The notes beneath the pieces are model-generated. The model was not told the origin of the DNA. It saw nothing but the letters and a program-made list of their open reading frames with translations, and ran no database searches. Positions 19,109 to 27,202 of a stretch of DNA of 64,000 nt are shown here, piece after piece. The stretch's first letter is position 1. Each line of letters starts with the position of its first letter. The DNA is taken from the NCBI GenBank assembly GCA_042570265.1, contig JBHPGU010000005.1, positions 228 through 64,227 of the forward strand, given 5' to 3'. The DNA comes from Candidatus Omnitrophota bacterium. Its GTDB lineage: Bacteria; Omnitrophota; Gorgyraeia; Velamenicoccales; JABMQK01. A program made the position numbers and the translations under genes.

Positions 19109-20284
19109 ATGATCGCAATGATAAGACGAATAGCTGTTAATACATTTTTGTTAGTATTTTTTGGTCTGTTGATAGCAGCCGCATCTTTGCCTCTTGTAAC
19201 ACAATTACAGTTTGATAGGGCAAAGAGGTTAGAAATTAGCTATCGCTGGACCAAGGCAAAAGAGACGTATTTCAAAGCGTTAAGCTTGAACCCTTTAAAT
19301 GCAGACTTTTTTACGCAGACCGGAGACTTTTTATTACGCCAAAGCGTATACAGCAAAAATGAAGAGGAACTTTTTAAAGGATCAGAGTACTTATACCAGC
19401 GAGCTTCTCAACTTAATCCCAAGTATGGATACTATCGCTTTTTATTGGGCAAGATCCAGCTGGAATTGGGCAATTTAAAGGGAGCAATCGGTAATTTTAA
19501 AACTGCCGCTGCGTTGGATCCTTATAACTCTAGGACAAATTACTTTATTGGAGTCAATCTGCTTTCGACTTGGGGCTCTTTGAATGAAGAGGAAAAGGAT
19601 TTTACCCTGACTAGACTAAAATACTCACTCAAAGTTAGGCCAGATTATAGCGCTAGTATCTATCAATACATATTGTTCTATGTCGGAGAATTTAATGCAT
19701 TGGAGAAAGTTACTCCACAGCAGTTAATTTTCTATAAAAACCTATATAACTTTACTTTAAAGAATAAGTTAGTGCAGTATCGTAAAGAGCTCCATGAGAA
19801 AGTCAATTTTTATAGACAAAAAGAAGAGCCAGATAAAGTTAAGAGTGAGAGGGCCTTTAGGTTAAAGGTATTTGAAGAGCTAAAGAGCACAAAGGTCCCA
19901 TTAGAGTCCTTGGTTAAACCACAAGATTGGCAGGGTAATGCAGAGGGGCATAGTAGAAGAATCTTTGAGGACGGCAATATGTATTGGTCAGGAACAATAA
20001 ATACAGTTATAAATATGCCCAAGGGTAAAGCAGAGATAAGTATTGAGGTCCGGGGTACTCCTGCTGGCGGTGTATATCCATATATGATTGTAGAGCTGGA
20101 GGGAGAGGAGATTGGAGAGACGGTCATAGATAGTGAGGATTGGAGGCAGTATGCGTTTGTAGTCAATACCGATGGCGGTACAAAAGTATTAAGTGTGATT
20201 TTCACAAACGACGGCAATAGCGAGAAAAGTGGCGAAGACAGAAATTTATTTATTGGAAATACAAGGATAGTCAGTAATGAATAA
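19109..20284 (+). CDS. Membrane-anchored TPR-repeat protein with a beta-rich C-terminal domain
   Basis: N-terminal TM helix. TPR-like repeats: YFKALSLNPLNADFF, YQRASQLNPKYGYY, FKTAAALDPYNSRTNY. The C-terminal ~110 aa is beta-rich and possibly carbohydrate-binding; that call is tentative. Confidence 0.6.
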   Translation: MIAMIRRIAVNTFLLVFFGLLIAAASLPLVTQLQFDRAKRLEISYRWTKAKETYFKALSLNPLNADFFTQTGDFLLRQSVYSKNEEELFKGSEYLYQRASQLNPKYGYYRFLLGKIQLELGNLKGAIGNFKTAAALDPYNSRTNYFIGVNLLSTWGSLNEEEKDFTLTRLKYSLKVRPDYSASIYQYILFYVGEFNALEKVTPQQLIFYKNLYNFTLKNKLVQYRKELHEKVNFYRQKEEPDKVKSERAFRLKVFEELKSTKVPLESLVKPQDWQGNAEGHSRRIFEDGNMYWSGTINTVINMPKGKAEISIEVRGTPAGGVYPYMIVELEGEEIGETVIDSEDWRQYAFVVNTDGGTKVLSVIFTNDGNSEKSGEDRNLFIGNTRIVSNE

Positions 20285-21560
20285 CAGGGTTTATAGAACT
20301 ATTTTACAATTTGGGATTGCCGCATTAATGATATTTGCACCATTAGCAAGAGGCTCAGTTGAGCTCTGGTCGCGGACAGCGGTTGAGATCAGTGTCTTTA
20401 TATTAGTATTTATTTGGTTATGGAAAGTAAATAATTCAAAGAAGGAAATAAATACAGAAAGCAGAGAGAGTAATTTTAGGCGTACAAAGATAGACTTGTC
20501 TCTTTGGTTTTTTGTGATACTGGCGGTAGTCTCAAGCGTATTTAGTATTTATAAGTATGCCAGCATTAGGGAGATGTTTCGCTTGATAGCTATCGTGGGT
20601 ATTTATTATTTGGCAGTCAATAACTTTGACCGTCGGCTAGTCGTGCGTTTTGCAAGTTTGATTATTATTATTGCAACGGCTATGTCTCTGTTTGGTCTAG
20701 GCCAGTATTTTCTGGGATTGAATCGCTCCTGGTGGGCGCACGAACAGTTTTTGTCAGCCACTTACGTAAATCACAATCATTTTGCAGGCTATTTGGAATT
20801 AGCTATCCCGTTGGCAATCGGTATGGTCTTAGGCTTGAGGAGAAGCCGCGTCTCTTCAGATTTCAAGTTTTTAAGCCTTAGGATAATGTTGATCACTGCG
20901 TTTCTCATAATGGGAACCGCTTTTGTTATTTCGCAGTCTCGCGGAGCCTGGATCTGTCTTTTGATCGCGCTTATAATAATGAATATCGCTTTGATTAAAA
21001 AGAAGGTATTAGGTAAGGTAAGTTTGGCCATATTTTTGTTTTTTATTTGTTTGGGTACGGTTTATTTCTTCGGCGGAGATGACGCTGTGGCGACTCGTTT
21101 GCAGACAATTGAGACGATAAATCAGGAGAGTTTTCTCGTTGGCCGTAACAAAATATGGACAGGTTCTTTAGATATGATTAAGAAGAATAACCTCATTGGT
21201 ACCGGAATCGGTACTTTTGTCTGGGGATTGCCCGCATATAGGCCAGAGGGGTTAAATGTAAGAGCACACTATGCCCACAACGATTATTTACACATGATGG
21301 CTGAGATGGGTGTTCTGGCGCTGCCTTTGATGCTTTGGATGATTTTTGCTGTTATCGCAGCAGGCTTTAGAAACCAGGGTAGAAAGAGAACAGGCAAGAG
21401 AGAGGCCTTTGGATTAACAGATGGGATTGTATTGGGTTGTGCTGTAGGAATATTGAGTTTAGCGCTGCATGGCCTAGTCGATTTTAATTTTCATATTACG
21501 GCCAACATATTGCTTGTTGCCTGTTTTGCGGGGTTGATTATGAGAAGGGCGCTAAATTAG
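20277..21560 (+). CDS. O-antigen ligase / Wzy_C family membrane protein (second paralog)
   Basis: Polytopic protein with SQSRGAW and HAHNDYLHMMAEMG signatures. Overlaps the upstream gene by 8 nt. Confidence 0.7.
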   Translation: MNNRVYRTILQFGIAALMIFAPLARGSVELWSRTAVEISVFILVFIWLWKVNNSKKEINTESRESNFRRTKIDLSLWFFVILAVVSSVFSIYKYASIREMFRLIAIVGIYYLAVNNFDRRLVVRFASLIIIIATAMSLFGLGQYFLGLNRSWWAHEQFLSATYVNHNHFAGYLELAIPLAIGMVLGLRRSRVSSDFKFLSLRIMLITAFLIMGTAFVISQSRGAWICLLIALIIMNIALIKKKVLGKVSLAIFLFFICLGTVYFFGGDDAVATRLQTIETINQESFLVGRNKIWTGSLDMIKKNNLIGTGIGTFVWGLPAYRPEGLNVRAHYAHNDYLHMMAEMGVLALPLMLWMIFAVIAAGFRNQGRKRTGKREAFGLTDGIVLGCAVGILSLALHGLVDFNFHITANILLVACFAGLIMRRALN

Positions 21561-21585
21561 TGATAGCTATATTACTGGATAGGAT

Positions 21586-23037
21586 ATGCTGAGAGAAAAA
21601 GAAGGTTTAATTAAATGGGGCATGATCGTATTGGATACATTCATAATAGGTGTGTCATTCTTTATTGCGTATTTTATCCGTTTCAAATTTCACGTCTTTT
21701 ATAAATTAGATATTTTTCCTTCCCATCAGGTAATAAGTCCAACCATCGGCAATGTCCAATACCTGCCTGTAATGGTCCTAATTGTCCTACTTTGGGTGTT
21801 TATGCTTTCTTTAAACGGGATGTACGCCTCGGTTCGTACAAAAACATTATTAGAGATTATTTGGATAAATATCAAGGCAGCATTTTTGACTCTACTATCT
21901 TTTGGCAGTTTAGCTTTTATTTTAAAGATTCATTTTGTCAGCAGGATCTTTATTATAATTTTTGCTGTGGTGGCTTTTCTTTTGCTTAATCTAGATAAAT
22001 GGCTAGTATATGAAATTAGGCACTATGTTAGGGTAAAAGGGCATAATCTACGTTATTTCTTGATTGCTGGTACTGGGCCAAGGGCAGAGAAGTTTATCAA
22101 AATAATTGCTGAGCATCCAGAGTGGGGGATAGAGGTTATGGGCTTGGTGGATGATGATGTCTCAAGGGTGGGCAAGAAGGTTTGTGGGGTTGAGGTTATT
22201 GGAACACTATCAAACATAGAGCACATATTACAGTATAAAGTTATTGATGAGGTTGTTTTCATAGTACCGCGCTCATGGCTCGATCGCATACAAGAAAGCA
22301 TAGAAATCTGCGAGACGCAGGGCGTTAGGGCTCATGTAGCAGCGGATTTATTTAATTTGAATATTGCCAGGGCAAAGTATGGTGAGCTAGTAGGATTCCC
22401 GTTATTGACGTTTGAGACTACATTTGCCATGGAGTGGCAGTTGTTTATTAAACGATCCATAGATTTAGTAGTGTCTTTTATCGGGCTGATTTTTTTATTC
22501 CCCCTTTTTTTGATAGTAGCTATATTGATTAAACTTACCTCTCCGGGCCCTGTGTTCTTTAAACAGAGAAGAGTGGGATTCAATGGCCGATTTTTTATTC
22601 TTTTTAAATTTCGTTCGATGACTAAGGATGCGCAGAATAAAGTAGCTGATGTTTTGCATTTAAATGAGATGGGGGGTCCTGTGTTTAAGATTAAAGACGA
22701 CCCGCGCGTTACTCCTTTGGGAAAATTCTTGCGCAAGACAAGCATCGATGAGTTGCCGCAGCTATACAATATATTAATTGGACATATGAGTTTAGTTGGG
22801 CCGCGTCCCCCTCTTCCCGTAGAGGTCAATGAGTACGAGTTATGGCACAGGAGGCGTTTGAGTATGCGTCCAGGGCTTACCTGTCTTTGGCAGATAAGCG
22901 GGAGGAATAAGATGGTAGATTTCGATGAATGGATGAGATTGGACCTTAAGTATTTAGATAATTGGTCTCTGTGGTTAGATTTTAGGATTTTAGTTAAGAC
23001 AATACCAACCGTTTTGTTTGGCATTGGTGCCAGATAA
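21586..23037 (+). CDS. Polyprenyl glycosylphosphotransferase (WbaP/EpsB-type priming sugar transferase)
   Basis: Bacterial sugar transferase domain: PGPVFFKQRRVG, FKFRSM, RVTPLGKFLRKTSIDELPQL, LVGPRP, RPGLTCLWQISGR. It is preceded by N-terminal TM helices and a Rossmann-like linker. Confidence 0.9.
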   Translation: MLREKEGLIKWGMIVLDTFIIGVSFFIAYFIRFKFHVFYKLDIFPSHQVISPTIGNVQYLPVMVLIVLLWVFMLSLNGMYASVRTKTLLEIIWINIKAAFLTLLSFGSLAFILKIHFVSRIFIIIFAVVAFLLLNLDKWLVYEIRHYVRVKGHNLRYFLIAGTGPRAEKFIKIIAEHPEWGIEVMGLVDDDVSRVGKKVCGVEVIGTLSNIEHILQYKVIDEVVFIVPRSWLDRIQESIEICETQGVRAHVAADLFNLNIARAKYGELVGFPLLTFETTFAMEWQLFIKRSIDLVVSFIGLIFLFPLFLIVAILIKLTSPGPVFFKQRRVGFNGRFFILFKFRSMTKDAQNKVADVLHLNEMGGPVFKIKDDPRVTPLGKFLRKTSIDELPQLYNILIGHMSLVGPRPPLPVEVNEYELWHRRRLSMRPGLTCLWQISGRNKMVDFDEWMRLDLKYLDNWSLWLDFRILVKTIPTVLFGIGAR

Positions 23038-23077
23038 TCTAGGAATAATAAAATTTAAAATAGAAAGTGGGGAGAAT

Positions 23078-23539
23078 ATGAAGAAAAAAATCTTAGTCTA
23101 TTCGATTTTGATAACCAGCATAAGCTTATTATATTTTGGTTGTCAGCCAAAGACGGGGCCAGGAAAAGTTGTGGCCAAGATAAATAATTATAAAATGACG
23201 CAAGAAGATCTTGAGGATAAGATGGTACACTCTCCTTATTCAAGTGAAATGGCAAAAGATTTAGGGGAATTCTTGGATATAGCCATTAGAGAGCAGGTTT
23301 TAATTCAAGAAGCACAAAAACAGGGCTTGGATAGAGAGAAGACATTTATGAAGACTATCGAGCGCTATTGGATGCAGACCTTGGTTAAAGAATTGTTAGA
23401 TAAGCATTCCCGTAAGATATATAAGGGTGTAAGTGAAAACAAGCAAGAGGCGGCTATGGATGCCTGGGTCGAGGAGCTTTATAAGAAAGCAGATATTAAA
23501 ATTTATAATAAAGTCTTAGATGAAATGAAGCAAAACTAA
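23078..23539 (+). CDS. Small lipoprotein with a SurA-N-like chaperone domain
   Basis: I moved the start to ATG 23078, after a GGAG. Signal peptide plus lipobox-like LLYFGC. The remainder resembles a SurA/PpiD N-terminal domain. Confidence 0.5.
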   Translation: MKKKILVYSILITSISLLYFGCQPKTGPGKVVAKINNYKMTQEDLEDKMVHSPYSSEMAKDLGEFLDIAIREQVLIQEAQKQGLDREKTFMKTIERYWMQTLVKELLDKHSRKIYKGVSENKQEAAMDAWVEELYKKADIKIYNKVLDEMKQN

Positions 23540-23554
23540 TAAGCGGAGGGTGAG

Positions 23555-24157
23555 ATGACAGAAGCTATAAATAAGAGAAAAGACTATTTTATTAAGAAGA
23601 AGTTTCAGGGCAAGTTTATGTTTAAATTTTGTATGCTAGTTGTTTTAGGCGCGGTTATCACAGGGGCTTTTCTTTATTTGCTTTCCGCAGACACGGTTAC
23701 CACAGCTTTTATTGATTCCAGACTCTCTATTATAAGGACCTCAGATTATATCTTACCTATATTAATAAGTTCTAGCCTAATTTCCGTTGTCTTAGTCAGC
23801 ATTGCTACTGTATTTGTGATTATGTTTCTCTCTCATCGCATTGCCGGGCCCTTGTATAAAATGGAAAAGAGTGTTAAGGAAATAGGCGAGGGCAATCTGA
23901 ATCTTAAGATCAATCTGCGCTCAACCGATGAAATAACTGAAATGGCAGATAGGTTAAATGAAATGACCAGGAACATTAGGGAGCGTCTAACAGAGATTAA
24001 GAGTTGTGTTGGTGACTTTGGGGATCAGTTAGATAGTTTAGGTAATCTCATCAAAGATGATAAGTCTCTATCCGCACAGACCAAAAACGCATTGAAGGAA
24101 TTGCTTGCAAAGAACGAACAACTTAAAAAGAAGATTGGTTACTTTAAGATTAATTAA
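23555..24157 (+). CDS. Membrane protein with HAMP domain
   Basis: Two TM segments, then HAMP: SHRIAGPLYKMEKSVKEIGEGNLNLKINLRSTDEITEMADRLNEMTRNI. A coiled-coil tail follows, with no output domain. Confidence 0.65.
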   Translation: MTEAINKRKDYFIKKKFQGKFMFKFCMLVVLGAVITGAFLYLLSADTVTTAFIDSRLSIIRTSDYILPILISSSLISVVLVSIATVFVIMFLSHRIAGPLYKMEKSVKEIGEGNLNLKINLRSTDEITEMADRLNEMTRNIRERLTEIKSCVGDFGDQLDSLGNLIKDDKSLSAQTKNALKELLAKNEQLKKKIGYFKIN

Positions 24158-24169
24158 TTCTACTCATAG

Positions 24170-24757
24170 ATGCTAAAGAATAATGGCGTAATCATTATAG
24201 TTTTATTAATAGTTACATTCTTTTTCTTTCCAGGGGATATATGTTTAGCCGCAGACTATAGCTGGCTGGAGGATGCGGGTTGGAGGGTCGCTAAGTCTGA
24301 ATACTGCACTATTTTGCTGCATCCTGATGTCAAAATAGAAAGAGTCAATAATAGTATCAGGATACGGTTTTATTCATTGGACAAAAGCACTTTTTCATCT
24401 CAAGGAAAGACTGTAGAGAAGCAATTAGCGGAAAAAATAGATCGCATATTCAAGAAAGTCGAAAGAGTGCTGGATATGTATCCTGATAAAATAAATATAA
24501 ATCTGAAGGTTTTTAAGACGCAAGCACAGTTAGATGAGGAATATGCTAAGATATTTGGTGAAAACGATAATATGCTGAGGATTTCGTACTATATACATAA
24601 GTATTCTACTATTTTTACAACAGAGCAGGCGATAAGAGAAGGGGTAGTAGCGCATGAAATGGGCCATGCTATCGCTGACCATTATTTTTTAGTAAAACCA
24701 GCTGGGAAAATTAAAGAACTTCTAGCTCAATACGCGGAAATTCATCTGGAAGAATAA
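24170..24757 (+). CDS. Secreted hypothetical protein with HExxH motif (putative zinc metallopeptidase-like)
   Basis: N-terminal signal-like segment and VAHEMGHAI near the C-terminus. Confidence 0.45.
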   Translation: MLKNNGVIIIVLLIVTFFFFPGDICLAADYSWLEDAGWRVAKSEYCTILLHPDVKIERVNNSIRIRFYSLDKSTFSSQGKTVEKQLAEKIDRIFKKVERVLDMYPDKININLKVFKTQAQLDEEYAKIFGENDNMLRISYYIHKYSTIFTTEQAIREGVVAHEMGHAIADHYFLVKPAGKIKELLAQYAEIHLEE

Positions 24758-24853
24758 TTTTTTTAGAGATTAAACTCTTTATTCTGCAGTAGGTAAGGGT
24801 TTTTAGCGTACATCCCCTCATCAGATTACAATAAGTAAAAAGACAAAATAAAC

Positions 24854-24882
24854 TTGACATTTTATGCAAAATAGTGTATACT
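24854..24882 (+). promoter_or_regulatory. Near-consensus sigma-70 promoter
   Basis: TTGACA (24854-24859), 17-nt spacer, TATACT (24877-24882). Lies about 140 nt upstream of the ATG at 25021, which has a GGAGGAG RBS. Confidence 0.65.
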
Positions 24883-25020
24883 TCTTTCAACCTACACGAA
24901 TTTAACTTACCAATTTTATTTAGATTAAAAAGGAAACGTTTTCTTAGGAGAGCGGCTTAATATTCCTACCAAATTAAAAATGTTAAAAAAGTATTTTAGA
25001 AAGTTACGGAGGAGAGAAAG

Positions 25021-25716
25021 ATGCGGAATTCAAAAGTAACATTTTCGGTGCTAGTCATATTGATTAGTGTAGTAGTTGGTTTAGTTATTTTCAAATTGCC
25101 ACTAGCTCAAACGGCTGAGGCTCCAGCTGGAGGTCAGCAAGTTGCCACTAGTCAAGATGATTGCGTGCCTATGACAAACACTGGATTTGCCAATGCCATT
25201 ATTATGGCGCTGGGCATCGAGATTCCTGAGGGCACAGGAAGCCTTTCTGGAGCAGAGCTTTTTGAGGTCCAGGCAAATATCTTAGCAGAGAGAGGCATAG
25301 ACTATTTTAAGAATTCGGATGGAAATACGGCAGTCACAAAAGGCGAATTATGCAGCGTGTTTGAGGTTTTAAATGAAACTGTAGTGTCAGCCACAAATAC
25401 ATCACATGGGAGAGGTAGCGTAACGAACCCGTTCTATGATCCCATAAGTGGCTATGCCAAGACTCCTCCAACGCAGGCGGCTGCTTATGTTGAAAAATTT
25501 GGTTGTGCAGTTGATACTGGAGCTAATGAAAGTGTTTGTAGTAACGACGTGATTGCTGCTTTGAGTGCTCCCGAGTATGCTTCATTAGTTGCAGAAGCAT
25601 ATAGTCATCCCAGGCACATACCGGCTTTGATATTAACACCACAGAATCCTATACCGGAAGAACATCTGGGTGTGCCAGAACCAGAAAAATCTGCTAGTCG
25701 GGTAACCTGTCAGTAG
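25021..25716 (+). CDS. Secreted/anchored hypothetical protein
   Basis: 231-aa ORF with a strong RBS (ggaggagagaaag ATG) and an N-terminal hydrophobic helix. It has its own promoter and terminator. I recognise no motif. Confidence 0.6.
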   Translation: MRNSKVTFSVLVILISVVVGLVIFKLPLAQTAEAPAGGQQVATSQDDCVPMTNTGFANAIIMALGIEIPEGTGSLSGAELFEVQANILAERGIDYFKNSDGNTAVTKGELCSVFEVLNETVVSATNTSHGRGSVTNPFYDPISGYAKTPPTQAAAYVEKFGCAVDTGANESVCSNDVIAALSAPEYASLVAEAYSHPRHIPALILTPQNPIPEEHLGVPEPEKSASRVTCQ

Positions 25717-25742
25717 AAATATTTAATTAATATAGAATTAAT

Positions 25743-25778
25743 AAAGCCCCATAGATTTCAAAGTCTATGGGGCTTTTT
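25743..25778 (+). terminator. Rho-independent terminator
   Basis: 13-bp perfect stem AAAGCCCCATAGA / TCTATGGGGCTTT, 8-nt loop, T-run. Confidence 0.85.
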
Positions 25779-25780
25779 AT

Positions 25781-25809
25781 TTGACTTTTTAGCCCCCATG
25801 CTGTAATCT
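25781..25809 (+). promoter_or_regulatory. Putative sigma-70 promoter
   Basis: TTGACT (25781-25786), 17-nt spacer, TAATCT (25804-25809), upstream of the CDS at 25847. Confidence 0.4.
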
Positions 25810-25846
25810 GTTATCCGTTCAGATTCAGTTAGTTTTAAACTCCCCA

Positions 25847-26998
25847 ATGAGAATTAAGAACAAAAAATTCTTTATTGTCCTGTTAATTGCCCTATTCCTA
25901 AAGCTCTGTTTATTTGTTTATGCTGAAATTCATGCCCCCGAGACAAAATTCCAAATCGACTCTGAAATCTATACTCAGACCGCAGGCAATTTGGTTGCTC
26001 ACGGCGCGTTTACTACAGTGTATAATGACGACGGTAAATATTCGCCTGAGTTATTGAGAACTCCTGGTTATCCGCTTTTCCTGGGCATCTTTAACGGGGT
26101 ATTAAAGATTCCCTATAGCGGCATAATACTTATACAGATTTTCTTGACTCTACTTTCCGCATTTCTAGTATACAAAACAGCCTTCATCATCGAGCCTCGT
26201 TTTGCTTATTTAAGTGCCTTGATAGTTTTATTTGATCCTCCGGTTACCATTTTTTCTCTAATGCTTCTTACGGAGACAGTCTTTTTATTTTTGATTTCCA
26301 TATTTATGTATATATTTACTTTATATTTAAGAGATCAGAAACTTAAGTATATTATTTTATCTGCTTTGTTAATAGCTATGGCTACTTATGTCAGGCCTAT
26401 CGCGTATTTTCTTGGAGCAGCTATAGGAGTTTTTATAATTTATTTTGCTCTTCGTGCAAAGTTTAAAAGACTACTCATTCACGCATTAGTATTTTTTCTT
26501 ATTGTATATAGCCTTTTGGGTATTTGGCATTTGAGAAATTACCGATTCACCGGGCGCAATACCTTTTCAAATATCACTCTCTTAGCGGCATCATACAGAG
26601 AACATTGTAGGCATGACGATGCGATTACTAAATCACTGCCTCCAGTTCTTTACTATTTGAATGCTGGCTCACGCTGTTTTGTATCTTTGATGACGAGGCC
26701 GGGAACTCTGAAAAACTTCAACTCTCCCGTGTTGAAAGACATCGGCAAGATCTTTGGTTATCCTTGGGTGGCGTTTTGGTTAGTGGGATTTCTGGTAGGG
26801 ATATCAAAGATACGAAAGGATATCTACCTTCAATTTCTCCTGTATGTAGTACTTTATTTTATCTCTGCTTCAATCGGGGGAATTTTATTTGGAGTAAGTA
26901 GCCGCCAAAGGGTGCCTATGGTGCCGTTTATTGCGATTCTTTCGGCATATGGCTGGATATGGATAGCTTCTAGGCTAAGAAGCAAAAGGGAAGGATAG
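25847..26998 (+). CDS. GT-C fold membrane glycosyltransferase (ArnT/PMT, GT39/83-like)
   Basis: Polytopic 383-aa protein. First periplasmic loop LLRTPGYPLFLG is typical of ArnT/PMT-family enzymes. Confidence 0.6.
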   Translation: MRIKNKKFFIVLLIALFLKLCLFVYAEIHAPETKFQIDSEIYTQTAGNLVAHGAFTTVYNDDGKYSPELLRTPGYPLFLGIFNGVLKIPYSGIILIQIFLTLLSAFLVYKTAFIIEPRFAYLSALIVLFDPPVTIFSLMLLTETVFLFLISIFMYIFTLYLRDQKLKYIILSALLIAMATYVRPIAYFLGAAIGVFIIYFALRAKFKRLLIHALVFFLIVYSLLGIWHLRNYRFTGRNTFSNITLLAASYREHCRHDDAITKSLPPVLYYLNAGSRCFVSLMTRPGTLKNFNSPVLKDIGKIFGYPWVAFWLVGFLVGISKIRKDIYLQFLLYVVLYFISASIGGILFGVSSRQRVPMVPFIAILSAYGWIWIASRLRSKREG

Positions 26999-27031
26999 TT
27001 TTTTCATTTTCCCTTATAAATGAATTTATGC

Positions 27032-27060
27032 TTGACAGTTAGCTAAAAATAGTGTTTAAT
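27032..27060 (+). promoter_or_regulatory. Putative sigma-70 promoter of the pilB operon
   Basis: TTGACA (27032-27037), 17-nt spacer, TTTAAT (27055-27060). The spacer shares AAAATAGTGT with the promoter at 24854. Confidence 0.55.
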
Positions 27061-27202
27061 ATATATACATTTAAGGATACCCAATCCAAAGCAAACCCAA
27101 TCCCACAATCTTTTTGTTAGCGAAGTAAGCGCTTACTTGATAAGCGTTTATATGTCCTTCAAAAATTAAAGTAGTTAAAAAAGTTTTTGAAAAAGTATAC
27201 AT

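Noticed and set aside
22332-23024. 230-aa minus-strand ORF, the longest antisense ORF in the track
   Set aside because: It lies entirely inside the strongly supported WbaP-type sugar transferase gene. Its translation is low-complexity and motif-less. This is a typical shadow ORF.
23018-23077. Upstream extension (MALVPDNLGIIKFKIESGEN) of the SurA-like lipoprotein, overlapping the sugar transferase
   Set aside because: The signal peptide and lipobox start right after the internal Met at 23078, which has a GGAG upstream. The extension is probably not translated.
25660-25716. C-terminal ...GVPEPEKSASRVTCQ of the secreted protein as a PEP-CTERM sorting signal
   Set aside because: A PEP tripeptide is present. 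However, no hydrophobic transmembrane stretch or basic cluster follows it, and the protein ends 11 residues later.
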